Position numbers and translations under genes: made by a program
Assembly (NCBI RefSeq): GCF_000142905.1
Contig: NW_013657657.1
Location: 310,001 to 374,000 of the forward strand
Direction of reading: 5' to 3'
Source of the DNA: Thecamonas trahens ATCC 50062
Lineage: Eukaryota; Protista; Apusomonadida
Length of the DNA stretch: 64,000 nt
Shown here: piece by piece, positions 32,748 to 42,595 of the stretch
How positions within the stretch are numbered: the stretch's first letter is position 1
How the letters are laid out: each line of letters starts with the position of its first letter
Notes under the pieces: generated by a model
Seen by the model: the letters and a program-made list of their open reading frames with translations, nothing else
Databases searched by the model: none
Told to the model about the DNA's origin: nothing

Positions 32748-34538
32748 ATGGGAAGTAGAGGCATGGACACGGTAAGTGCACGAGTGAAGCGTCAGGCGCG
32801 GCCCTTGTATAGGAGTGGGGGCTGGGGGGCTGGGGAGGAGGGGGGAGCATGAGCTTTGGGCGGGATGTCTCACATTGGCATTGGTGTGGGGGGCGCGACG
32901 GGCACCAACTCGGGGATGGGGCGTGGACGACGGGGCGTGGGGCTGCGGGCATGGGGTTTGTGGTGTGCGGCGGCGACGGTGGTGGTGGTGCTGGTGGTCG
33001 CGCTACAGGTGTCGATGGCGTCGGCGGACTTTGTGTTCCGGCCGCCGCCCGGGCTGGGGAGCAAGCGGGCGAGCGCTGCAAGCGCAGTGTTCACGCTCGT
33101 GTCGACGATTGTGGGCGGCGGATCGCTCTCGCTCCCGTTTGCGTTTGCTAAGCTCGGGCTTGCCGAGGCGGCTGGCCTCCTTATTGTCATCGCGGTGGCG
33201 TCTGATCTCGGGGCGTCGCTGCTGGTGTCTGCGGCGAGGCGGTCTGGTGGATGCACGTACGAGCAGGTGGCATACAAGGCGTACGGGCGGCCTGCGCAGC
33301 TAGTGACGGTGGTGTTGCTTGTGGTGCTGACGTATCTCTGCTGCGTGGCGTACATCATTCTCATGGGCGACTTTGCGGTCCCGCTTCTGGAGGTGTACGT
33401 GGTGCGGGGCACGAACCTTTCGGGGCTGGGCCGTGCGCTAGCAATGGGCGGGGCGATGGTCCTTGTCTCGCCGCTCTGTTTTCTGCGTAAGCTCACAGCG
33501 CTGCGGTTCACGTCTGCGATGTCGATGACGTCGATGCTCTTCCTCACGTGCGTCATTGTGGCCAAGGCTGTGATCCACGCGCGGAGCGTGGGCCTTGCGA
33601 CGATGTGGCGGCCGGTGGCGTACACGTCGTCGTTTGCTGACACGCTCTACGGCTTTCCGCTCATTTCTGTGGCGTTTCTCGTCCACTTTAACGTCTTGCC
33701 TGTCCACACTGAGCTGACGGCGACGGAGCCTGCGCTGCAGCGGATCCGCAACGTCATCCACGTGACGGTGGGCATTTGCTCGACGCTGTATGTGGTCATC
33801 GGCGTCGCCGGGTACGCCACCTTTGGTACTGCTGTTGATGGTGACGTCCTGAAGAACTACGGGCGCGACGACCACCTGGTCAATGCCGGGCGGTTCGCGC
33901 TCCTAGCGACGCTCCTCTGCAACTTTCCTCTCCTTTGCATCCCGTGCCGCATCTCGCTCGACCGGCTGGTCCTCCTCGCACGCGACGCGTGGTGCCTGCC
34001 TGCACCGCATGGCCAGAGCATTGCCGGCCACCTGACCCCGCCCGAGAAGCAGCCACTGCTGGCGCAACCGGACGTGAACAGCGGTGAGGGAGGCGAGCCA
34101 AGCCGGTGGGCGCTGGCTCGCGAAGATCCTCGTGACGCGCTCAAGCTGGCGGGCACGCCCGACACCTCGCGGTGGGACGACGAGCACCCACCGAGCCCCG
34201 AGTCAGTCATGGTCGAGCGGCTCCGCGTCGTCGAAAGGGCTGCGCGCGATAAGTACGCCCGGCTCCGGCAGAGCATCGAGACGGTGCTTATCATCGCCAG
34301 CTCACTCGCGTTTGCCATTGCCGTCCCTTCGGTCGTCATTGTGTGGTCGTTCATGGGCTCGACCATCTCCATGCTCATCGCTTTTGTCCTCCCTGCCCTC
34401 TACTACCTCAAGATCCGGGCGGCGCGGTCGACCAATCCGCGGCGTGTGGCCGCCGTCGGACTCCTCTGCTTTGGCATGATCATGCTTGTGGCGTGCACGT
34501 ACCAGAGTGTGCGCACCACTGTGGAGCAGGAGTCGTAG
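32748..34538 (+). CDS. Amino acid transporter, AAAP/SLC38 family; probable intron 32772-33008
   Basis: AVFTLVSTIVGGGSLSLPFAF, AFLVHFNVLPV, GYATFG, DVLKNY and GSTISMLIAFVLPALYY. ACG|GTAAGT...CTACAG|GTG splices in frame. Confidence 0.9.
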
Positions 34539-34638
34539 CTTGTGGGTAAAGCGTACCAGTGAACCCGAGTGTGGGAAGGGTTGAGGGGCGGTGAGGGGCC
34601 GCAAGACAGCGCTCGTCACTCGTCTTGACTCTGACACA

Positions 34639-36460
34639 ATGCTGCGTTCGCTGGCGCGAGTGGGTGCGAGCGCGCGCCACAGCTGGGTCAAAGGCATGCT
34701 GGGCATGCAGGGCATGGGAGGCATGGGAGGCATGTCTGGGGCACGGTGTGTACAGTGTGCGGTGCCTGCGGCCAAGAGCACGCTGACCGAGTAGGTTATG
34801 GGGGATGGGGGGAGGGGGGGGGGAGGCGACAGAGAGAGAGAGAGGACGCAGCCAGGCTCACGGCAGCGAGGGATGGGAGACAACCGACAGGATGGAGGTG
34901 CTGGACATGACGGTGAAGCAACTGAGGGAGGCACTGAAGGAGCGCGGGGTGACGCCGGGCTCAGCCAAGCGCAAGGCGCAGCTGCAGGACCTGCTGCTGG
35001 CCAACGCGGACAAGGCGGTGGCCAAGCCGGCGGCAACAACGGCTGCGTCGCCGCTCAACTCGCTGACGGTGCTGCAGCTGCGAGAGCGGTTGCGTGAGAA
35101 GGGCGTCGCGTACACGTCCAAGCTCAAGAAAAAGGAGCTGGTGGCGTTGCTGGCGGCGGCGCCGGCCGAGCCGGCCGCGGAGACGATGACGAGCGGAAAG
35201 GCCGCCGGCAAGGCCGCGTCTGCGGCTGGAGGGCGGGCAACAGAGAGACCGTCGAGTGGAGCGAGTAAGGCTAGCAAGAGCAGCGGCAAGGCTGGCAAGG
35301 CGGTGGTGATGGCGAGCGGGAGCAGTGGCAGCGCTGGTGCACGCGGGGCAGGCAAGAGCAAGTCGGCGCCGGCGGTGGCGGTGGTCATGCCGCGTGCCGG
35401 CGGTGCGGTGCGAGCGCCGTTGGCGATGAAGCTCGGGCAGACGGCACATGTCATGGACGTGGCTCAGTGGCCGCAGTGGCTCAAGACAGAGGCCGGACGG
35501 GCGGCGAGCCTGCCTGTCCTCTCGTCGCTGGTGGCGATGGGCACCTTCCCGGAGCTTGGCTGGCGGGTTCTCTACGCGTCGGGCCTTACTTGGTTTGGCT
35601 CACGGTTCACCAGCTTCAAGGCGCTCGAAAAGTTTGGTCACGCTTCGCTCGGCCTTCAGCTGAGCACGATGATCGGGCTGCACCCTGACATTGCGGCAGG
35701 CATGCTCTCGCTGCAGGCCGACGCCACGCTGCTAGGCCTGGGCGCAGCCGGAGCCATGGCGGCGGCGCGGACAGTGCGGCGCGGTCGCGGCCTGCCGACC
35801 GGCTTTGAGCGGGCCGAGGTGCTGAGCGGAGCCGATGTGACGCTGCGCGGCGTGGTCGACGGCACGCCCGTCGGTGCGCTCGTCAATGCACTGCACGCCT
35901 CGACCGAGGTCGGTCGCGCCGGAGCCACCGTTCCCTGGGGCGTCTTTGAGCTCGGGTATAAGCTCCGCGGCCCGCAGCAGGTCTCGCGAGTCAGCAGCCG
36001 TGGTGTCGAGCAAAAGGCGCACGAGGCCGCTGTCGAGCTTGTCGCCGACTACCACGTCCAGGACGTGCGGACGGGCGAGGTCCAGAAGGTCCGGCTCGAG
36101 CCGCGGTCTGTGGCGCTGGCCGCCGCCGCCGATGGTGGCCTCTTTGACGCGCCGACGCCGAGCTACGACGTCGACGAGCTTGTTGAAGCCATTGAATCGG
36201 GTCTCGATGGCTCGGCCAAGCACGTCCGCATTCCTGAGGCTCTCGGCCCACTCCTCGACACGGAATTGTGGGCCGCGACGCCGGACGCCGCCATCCCGGC
36301 CGTTGTCTCGGACGCCGACCGCCGCACCGTCGAGTTTGCCGCGGACCGCCTCAAGCAGGCCCAGTACCTGCCGACGTTCCACACCGCGAGTTCCAACTCG
36401 GCCGGCCTCTGGTCCAACGTTCGCATCATGCGCGACTCGGTCGAGTACACTGCCGTCTGA
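34639..36460 (+). CDS. Protein with two SAP/HeH-like domains and a putative mitochondrial presequence; intron 34791-34890
   Basis: MTVKQLREALKERGV..KRKAQLQDLL and LTVLQLRERLREKGV..KKKELVALL. An upstream exon MLRSLARVGASARHSW joins in frame via GA|GTAGGT..ACAG|G. Confidence 0.7.
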
Positions 36461-37187
36461 GAAACACAGTCCATCGTTTAGCTTTGTCTGCCCAACACTC
36501 GGACCCAACTTGGGCGGGGAGGCCGCCGCGCCAACAATGAATCAGGCGCAAAGCTGGATGGTGCTTGACGGAGGGCACAAGTGGCTGGGGGGGTCGATGC
36601 TGAGCAAGTGGAGGCGATGGAGGGGGTAGATGTGGGCTCCGACAGACAACTTGAACAGGCGACCCCGTGGCCAGATTGGGGCCAAAAACGGCTGTAGCTA
36701 GTCTTACAATCTCAGCTATAAACATATATAAATATATAACTGTAAAAATACATTTATATGTATCACAGTGATTTTTTTGTAATTATGTGCAGTAATACAG
36801 TGTGCATTATATAAAACTAATATTTTTGGCTGTTTGGGGCTGATACCTTTAGGTTTTTCGCATATTTTTGTAACACACCAGGATCGAAAGAAATCGGGCA
36901 CGCGTCGCCTTCTTAGCCTGGTGCGAGCCTACTAGGCTCCCAACAGCGCCTTCATCAAACATGACTCTCGCCCTTAGTTCTACCATTATGCAATGTACTC
37001 CCTGCAGCTGTCATCGCACCCGGATGCCGGCCGCTACCGTAGCGTAAATGTCGAACATTTATGTTCGTGGCAACGTCAGGCGATGTCACACCTACCTGGC
37101 ACGACCGGGCCAATGACGCAAGCGCAGACTGGCAGTAGGCAACCCGCACACGCTCACACATAGCTCTCTCAAGACAACGACCTGACC

Positions 37188-38087
37188 ATGGCTACAGCAA
37201 CGATCTCGCGTTTAGTACAACGGCTCCGCAGTGCGCCACAGGAGCATCCGTTTGGGTTCGGCGTGGTCTTCTCGACAGCCAAGACGTCTGCGGCCGACGC
37301 ATTGGTCCAGGTGGTGGTTGAGCAGCGCGAGGCGTTTGACTGGCGGCGCAACCTCGGGTTTGCCGCCTTTGGCTGCCTCTATCTCGGCGGACTGCAGTAT
37401 GCGATGTTTGTGCCGATGTTCCGGCGGCTCTTTCCGTACACCGACGAGTTCCTGGCCAAGCCGCTGCGGCTGCGGCTGGCGGACACGCGCGGATGGAAGG
37501 TGGTCGGCCAGCAGGTGTTTGTGGAGCAAGCGCTCATCAACCCATACCTCTACTTTCCGGCCTTTTATGCGTGCAAGAGCCTGGTCGCCGGCGAGCCGCT
37601 GGCCGAGGCGCGAGCGCGGTACATAGCCAACTTCCGTAACGACGTGCTCGCGTGCTGGGCCATCGGCCTCCCGGCCTCGACCATCAACTACACGCTGCTC
37701 CCGTTTTGGCTCCGGGTCCCGTACATTGCCTGCATCTCATTCTTCTGGACTGCCGTCCTGAGTCTGATGCGCGGCTCCGAGGGCTCGTCGGCCAAGGACG
37801 ACAGCGGCGCCGAGGCGGCGGAGGCCGGCGATTCGGTCGTCGCTGCGGTCTGTCTCCCTGCTAGTGGCGGAGCGCGACTTGGACTCGGCGCGCTCACGGC
37901 AAAGCAAGTCTGGCGGGTGACGGCCGCGGTCGATGCGCACCAGGACGTGGTAGCGCGGACTCAGGTGGAGGCGGTGCAGGGCTCGCGTGAGGTAGTGGCT
38001 GTGATGGCAGTCGAGGTGGCGAGCGATGCGCGGGCTGAGCGCCTGGCAGGGTTAGTGAGAGCTCTGGCGGCGGCAGTGGAAAGCTGA
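37188..38087 (+). CDS. Mpv17/PMP22 family membrane protein
   Basis: AKTSAADALVQ, FDWRRNLGFAAFG, FVEQALINP, INYTLLPFWLRVPY and FFWTAVLS. Confidence 0.85.
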   Translation: MATATISRLVQRLRSAPQEHPFGFGVVFSTAKTSAADALVQVVVEQREAFDWRRNLGFAAFGCLYLGGLQYAMFVPMFRRLFPYTDEFLAKPLRLRLADTRGWKVVGQQVFVEQALINPYLYFPAFYACKSLVAGEPLAEARARYIANFRNDVLACWAIGLPASTINYTLLPFWLRVPYIACISFFWTAVLSLMRGSEGSSAKDDSGAEAAEAGDSVVAAVCLPASGGARLGLGALTAKQVWRVTAAVDAHQDVVARTQVEAVQGSREVVAVMAVEVASDARAERLAGLVRALAAAVES

Positions 38088-38092
38088 GAGCG

Positions 38093-39733
38093 CTACTGCA
38101 TGGCAGAGGGGCCGGCAGCGCCGCTGTCGGCAGCGAGTGCACGGCGCTGGATCTCGCGCTGGTTGACAAGGAGGTGGCGGGCGCGTTTGGTCCCGCGCGA
38201 CTGGTTCTGCTGGATGCGGCGCTTGCGCTCGGCCTTGCGCCCCTCCTGGGTGGTGGGCTTCTCGTAGGCGAGGATAAGCGAGCGGATAGTGACGACGTCG
38301 TCGCCTTCGAGCGACTCGTCGTAGACGTCCGAGACGGTGGCGGTCATGCCCGGCTCGAGCGGGGCGACCTTGACCATGGTGATGAGGCGGCGGCGGAAGC
38401 AATACGAGATAAACTGCTCCGAGTTGGCGACAACCTCAAAGGCTGGATGTGACGGGACGTGGCTCGAGTCATAGTTGTACGAGGTGGGGAGCCAAAAGAC
38501 AAGACGGCCTCCGACGACGAGGGCACGGGCGGCAAAGTCGAGCATGTCGATGACAATGTCTTTGGAGGTATAGAGAATGCGCTGGACAATGTGATCGTCT
38601 TTGAGCTCATCGGGGATGACGACTGGCTTGGAGGTGTCCTTGGCGCCAACCTTACGGGCGCCCTCGCGGATGCCGTACGGCGGATCGGCGACGACAGCGT
38701 CGAGGAACGGGCGGCCGGAGCGGAAGTTGACTTGGGCGTTGTCGGCGCGGAAGACGTCAACAAGGAGCTGGGAAGTGCCGTACTGGTCAAAGTTGGAGAA
38801 CAAATCGCGCTTGACAATGTGTTTGTCGGCGTAGCGGTTGACCTCGCCACGGATGGTGCGGCCGCAGAGGTCCGAACCCATGACGTGGGCGCCAAAGGCG
38901 GCGAGCGGGACAAGGAGCGAGCCGGTGCCGACAAACGGGTCGAACATGAGGGTGTTCTCGCGGGCAAGGGCCTGGTTGGCCATGATGAGCGCAAGCTCGG
39001 CATTCATCGACGTTGTTCCGAGGTACACGCGCTTCTTCAGATCGTAGCTGTGGACGAGCTCGCGGGCCGAGTTGGAGACCTTGCGGCCGACGTGGGCAGC
39101 GACAATGGGCTGCTCGCTGCCAGAGCCGTCGGGCACACCGCTCGAAATCAGAATCCAGAAGGCGGCATCGGGCGCGCGGAGCTTGACCTTGCCGGAAAAG
39201 TGCGGGATGAAGCGATGGAACATGGCAAGCTGCTCGGGGTGCGAGTACTGCTTGCCGTACGTATCGGCGCGGAAGCAGTACGTGGAGCCGGCAGCGAGCC
39301 AGTCGAGCGAGACACCCTCCGGATTGTCCGGCGCTGGGGCGGCAACGGTGTCGGCAAAGGCCGCTTCCAGGCCGTCCATCGATTCGGCCGATGCCCAGTG
39401 CTCGTAGAGAGCCTTGACGCCGACGCACCGCTGGACGACGGCGGCGGCCGAGGTCACGTCGGGGAAGACGACGCGGACAAAGGGGCTGTCACGGATGTCG
39501 ATGGACCGGTCGTACTCGACAGGCACGTCGAGCAGGGCAGCCACAGCCTCAAACTCGGGCAGGCGGAACTCGAAGAATGAGGTGGCAAAGGCCACAAGGC
39601 CCACAAAGGGCCGCCGGGCGCTCGCCGCCTCCATCCGCCGCCGTCCGGCCTCGCTCGCCACCACGTCGGCCGCCGTCATCGGCGCAGGCCGTGTGTCGCG
39701 CTTGCGACCCTTGCCCTTTCTGGACGTCTGCAT
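38093..39733 (-). CDS. TRMT11: tRNA (guanine(10)-N2)-methyltransferase Trm11
   Basis: FRLPEFEA, YDLKKRVYLGTTSMNAELALIMANQA, FDPFVGTGSLL, DPPYGIRE, GGRLVFWLP and RRLITMVK. Confidence 0.95.
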   Translation of the reverse strand: MQTSRKGKGRKRDTRPAPMTAADVVASEAGRRRMEAASARRPFVGLVAFATSFFEFRLPEFEAVAALLDVPVEYDRSIDIRDSPFVRVVFPDVTSAAAVVQRCVGVKALYEHWASAESMDGLEAAFADTVAAPAPDNPEGVSLDWLAAGSTYCFRADTYGKQYSHPEQLAMFHRFIPHFSGKVKLRAPDAAFWILISSGVPDGSGSEQPIVAAHVGRKVSNSARELVHSYDLKKRVYLGTTSMNAELALIMANQALARENTLMFDPFVGTGSLLVPLAAFGAHVMGSDLCGRTIRGEVNRYADKHIVKRDLFSNFDQYGTSQLLVDVFRADNAQVNFRSGRPFLDAVVADPPYGIREGARKVGAKDTSKPVVIPDELKDDHIVQRILYTSKDIVIDMLDFAARALVVGGRLVFWLPTSYNYDSSHVPSHPAFEVVANSEQFISYCFRRRLITMVKVAPLEPGMTATVSDVYDESLEGDDVVTIRSLILAYEKPTTQEGRKAERKRRIQQNQSRGTKRARHLLVNQREIQRRALAADSGAAGPSAMQ

Positions 39734-39948
39734 GGGTTGCGGCTTGGGGGTGGGGTGGGGTGGGGTGAGGTGAGGTCGTGGTCGTGGTCGCGGTCGTGGT
39801 CGCGGGGCTGGTGGTCGGGTGGGGCTGTGGCGGCAGCCGACGAGGCAGACCGTAGTAGCAGGGATTTATCAAGCATCACTCTGCTGGGCCGATCGAGTTG
39901 AGCAGCTTGCTAGGGCTAGTCGGGCGTGGACATGGGCACAGGCGATGT

Positions 39949-41841
39949 CTAGCGGATGTCCGAGCGCGACGGGTGAAGCGCGGGCGAGCCGGATGATGAG
40001 CTGGAGGCACCCGAGGGGAAGACGTTCCAGAAGCGCAAGGTCTCGTCGCCGGCGCCTGTGGCAACCGTCTGGCCATCGGGCGAGACGGCAAGGTAGAGGA
40101 CACGGTAGGTGTGACCCGTGAGAGTAGAGAGCGGGCGCATCGAGGGGTACGACCAGACGACGATCTGGTTCTGCGAGTAGCCGTGAGTGGAGACGAGCTC
40201 GTTGACGTTGCGTGACCAGTGGAGGTTGCAGACCTGCGAGCCGGTGTCGACGATTGAGAGCGGGGTTGTCCCACCAGCAATGTTCCAGAACTTGATGCAC
40301 CGGTCGGCAGTTCCACCGCCCGTCGCCAGCAGGTCGCTCTGGTGAGGTGACCAGGCGATGGCCTTGATGGCAGCCTTGTGGGCCGTGATCTTGAGGACCG
40401 GGAGGGTGGACGAGACGGACCAGACGAGCAGGCGGTTGTCGTTGCCGCCCGACGCCAGGTGCTGCTCGTCAGGCGACCATCTGAGGCCGCACACCTCCTG
40501 GTTGTGGCCGTAGAAGCGGCCGACGTGCGAGTCTGCGGCACGGAGATCGTGCTGCAGGATCTGGCGGTCGCGCGAGCCAGTGGCAAGCACGGTTGTGCTC
40601 CATGCCATGGTCCCAACTCGGTCGCGATGGCCAGCAAAGGTTCGGACCAGGCTGCGCTTGGCAGCGTCCCACACCTCGACCTTGCCCTGCACCGTGCCGA
40701 CAGCAAGATGCTTGCCGTCGGGGACCCAGGTGACGGACGCGACCGTGTCGTTCGGGCCTACGTCACAGAGCTTGAAGACCTTGGACGTGCAGGCCGACCA
40801 GAGGTACACGCATGAGCCAAGCCCGACTGCCAGCATGTTGAGGGCGGACCAGTCAATAAGGTTGTAGTAAAAGTCGTCCTTCAGCCGTGGCGCGTCGAGG
40901 ACCTTGAACGGGACCCGCGAGATCTTGCGCGGCGCCTTGCGCGGCGAGAGAAGCAGTCGCTGGGTCTGGATGCCGACCGGCGTGAGCGAGTACGGCGAGT
41001 CGACCGGCGCCTGGGTCTCGGCAGGTGGTGCGTACTGGAACAGATTGCGCCGCGCCGGCGAGCTGGCCGCGCCGGCCACACCCGCACCGGCGTCGCGGCC
41101 GCGCCGGCTGCGCATGGCGCCAGGCGACTTTCGCGGCGAAGTGACTAGCGACGGCGAGGCCATGGCGACGGCAGCACGGTGTGGCGAGCCGCCGGCCCCA
41201 CGCATGGCGTGCCCCTCGCCGCCTTCGCCAGGCGAGCTGTAGGCAAAGGCCAGCAGCTCGGACCGAAGGACGGTCGAGTACGTGGTCGCGCCCGCGTCGC
41301 CGGTGACCGACGCGTCGGACGCGGTCGAACTCGCGCGGCCGCGGCCCCCCTGCATGTTTCCCGGAACAGCAGCAGCCCCGGCTCCGGGAGCTGCATCTCC
41401 CGACGGGCCGGCGCCGTCGCCCGGAGCGCTCCCGGCCTCGTTCTCATCATCCATGGCGTCTAGGAGCGAGAGGCCGAGCGAGTAGTTGGTCCCTGCGCGC
41501 GACGGGATGTACCGATCGGCATAGACCGGCGACGGAGCGCGGTTCTCGAGTGCCGCCGAGCCGAAGCGCTCGCTACGGGCAAAAGAGGTCTCGAGCAGTG
41601 CAGCGGCTGTGGCCGATGCCGTCGAGTCGAGCGATGCGTTGGGCGAGGCGCCGCCTGCGCTCGACGTCGACGCCAGCGAGTCGTCCAGCCCACCAGCGCC
41701 GCCAAGCAGCCTCCGTTTTGTATTGCGCAGCAGCCGCTCTGACGGCGATCCCGTCCGGCCGCCTCCGCCGCCTGCCGACCGTCGACGCCGCTTGGGCGAC
41801 ATGGACCTGCGCAAGCGCTTCTCGTAGCTCTGGTGGAGCAT
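39949..41841 (-). CDS. FZR1: APC/C activator Cdh1/Fizzy-related (WD40)
   Basis: C-box DRYIPSR, RKISRVPFKVLDAP, DDFYYNL, VYLWSACTSKV, LASGGNDN, GGGTADRCIKFWN, THGYSQNQI and a C-terminal IR tail. Confidence 0.95.
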   Translation of the reverse strand: MLHQSYEKRLRRSMSPKRRRRSAGGGGGRTGSPSERLLRNTKRRLLGGAGGLDDSLASTSSAGGASPNASLDSTASATAAALLETSFARSERFGSAALENRAPSPVYADRYIPSRAGTNYSLGLSLLDAMDDENEAGSAPGDGAGPSGDAAPGAGAAAVPGNMQGGRGRASSTASDASVTGDAGATTYSTVLRSELLAFAYSSPGEGGEGHAMRGAGGSPHRAAVAMASPSLVTSPRKSPGAMRSRRGRDAGAGVAGAASSPARRNLFQYAPPAETQAPVDSPYSLTPVGIQTQRLLLSPRKAPRKISRVPFKVLDAPRLKDDFYYNLIDWSALNMLAVGLGSCVYLWSACTSKVFKLCDVGPNDTVASVTWVPDGKHLAVGTVQGKVEVWDAAKRSLVRTFAGHRDRVGTMAWSTTVLATGSRDRQILQHDLRAADSHVGRFYGHNQEVCGLRWSPDEQHLASGGNDNRLLVWSVSSTLPVLKITAHKAAIKAIAWSPHQSDLLATGGGTADRCIKFWNIAGGTTPLSIVDTGSQVCNLHWSRNVNELVSTHGYSQNQIVVWSYPSMRPLSTLTGHTYRVLYLAVSPDGQTVATGAGDETLRFWNVFPSGASSSSSGSPALHPSRSDIR

Positions 41842-41930
41842 GGACTGTGTGTGTGTAGCCAGGGGAGGGAGGGAGGGAGGGAGGGGAGGGAGGGAGGGAA
41901 GTTGGGGGAGGAGTGGTAGGGGGAGGAAGG

Positions 41931-42197
41931 NNNNNNNNNNNNNNNNNNNNNNNNNNNNNNNNNNNNNNNNNNNNNNNNNNNNNNNNNNNNNNNNNNNNNN
42001 NNNNNNNNNNNNNNNNNNNNNNNNNNNNNNNNNNNNNNNNNNNNNNNNNNNNNNNNNNNNNNNNNNNNNNNNNNNNNNNNNNNNNNNNNNNNNNNNNNNN
42101 NNNNNNNNNNNNNNNNNNNNNNNNNNNNNNNNNNNNNNNNNNNNNNNNNNNNNNNNNNNNNNNNNNNNNNNNNNNNNNNNNNNNNNNNNNNNNNNNN
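41931..42197. other. Assembly gap
   Basis: Run of N. Confidence 1.
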
Positions 42198-42477
42198 CCC
42201 CCTTACCCCTCCCCCTTCCCTCCCCCTGTCACTCTCGCGCCGTCGCACTCGCCACCAACCGATGGCTTCCGAAAACTTGAATGGAGTTGGACAAAACGCA
42301 AAATGGGCGTGTCGCCACGAATGAGCGCACAAACGAACGAACGAACGACCGATCAGCCGAAACGGCACGCCTCCCTCCCTCCCTCCCTCCCTCCCTCCCT
42401 CCCTCCACTCAGCTCAGCTCAGCGAGGCCACAACGGACAGCCCACCGCACCCCAGCCCACACCCATCCACGCCCGAT

Positions 42478-42479
42478 CA

Positions 42480-42515
<36 letters not shown>

Positions 42516-42547
42516 GCACACACACACACGCACACGCACGCACACAC
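42478..42547. repeat. (CA)n/(CACG)n microsatellite
   Basis: Seen directly. Confidence 0.9.
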
Positions 42548-42595
42548 CAGCACACACTCTTCACACATCCCCATCCCCAGCCCGCCGCAAGAGCC

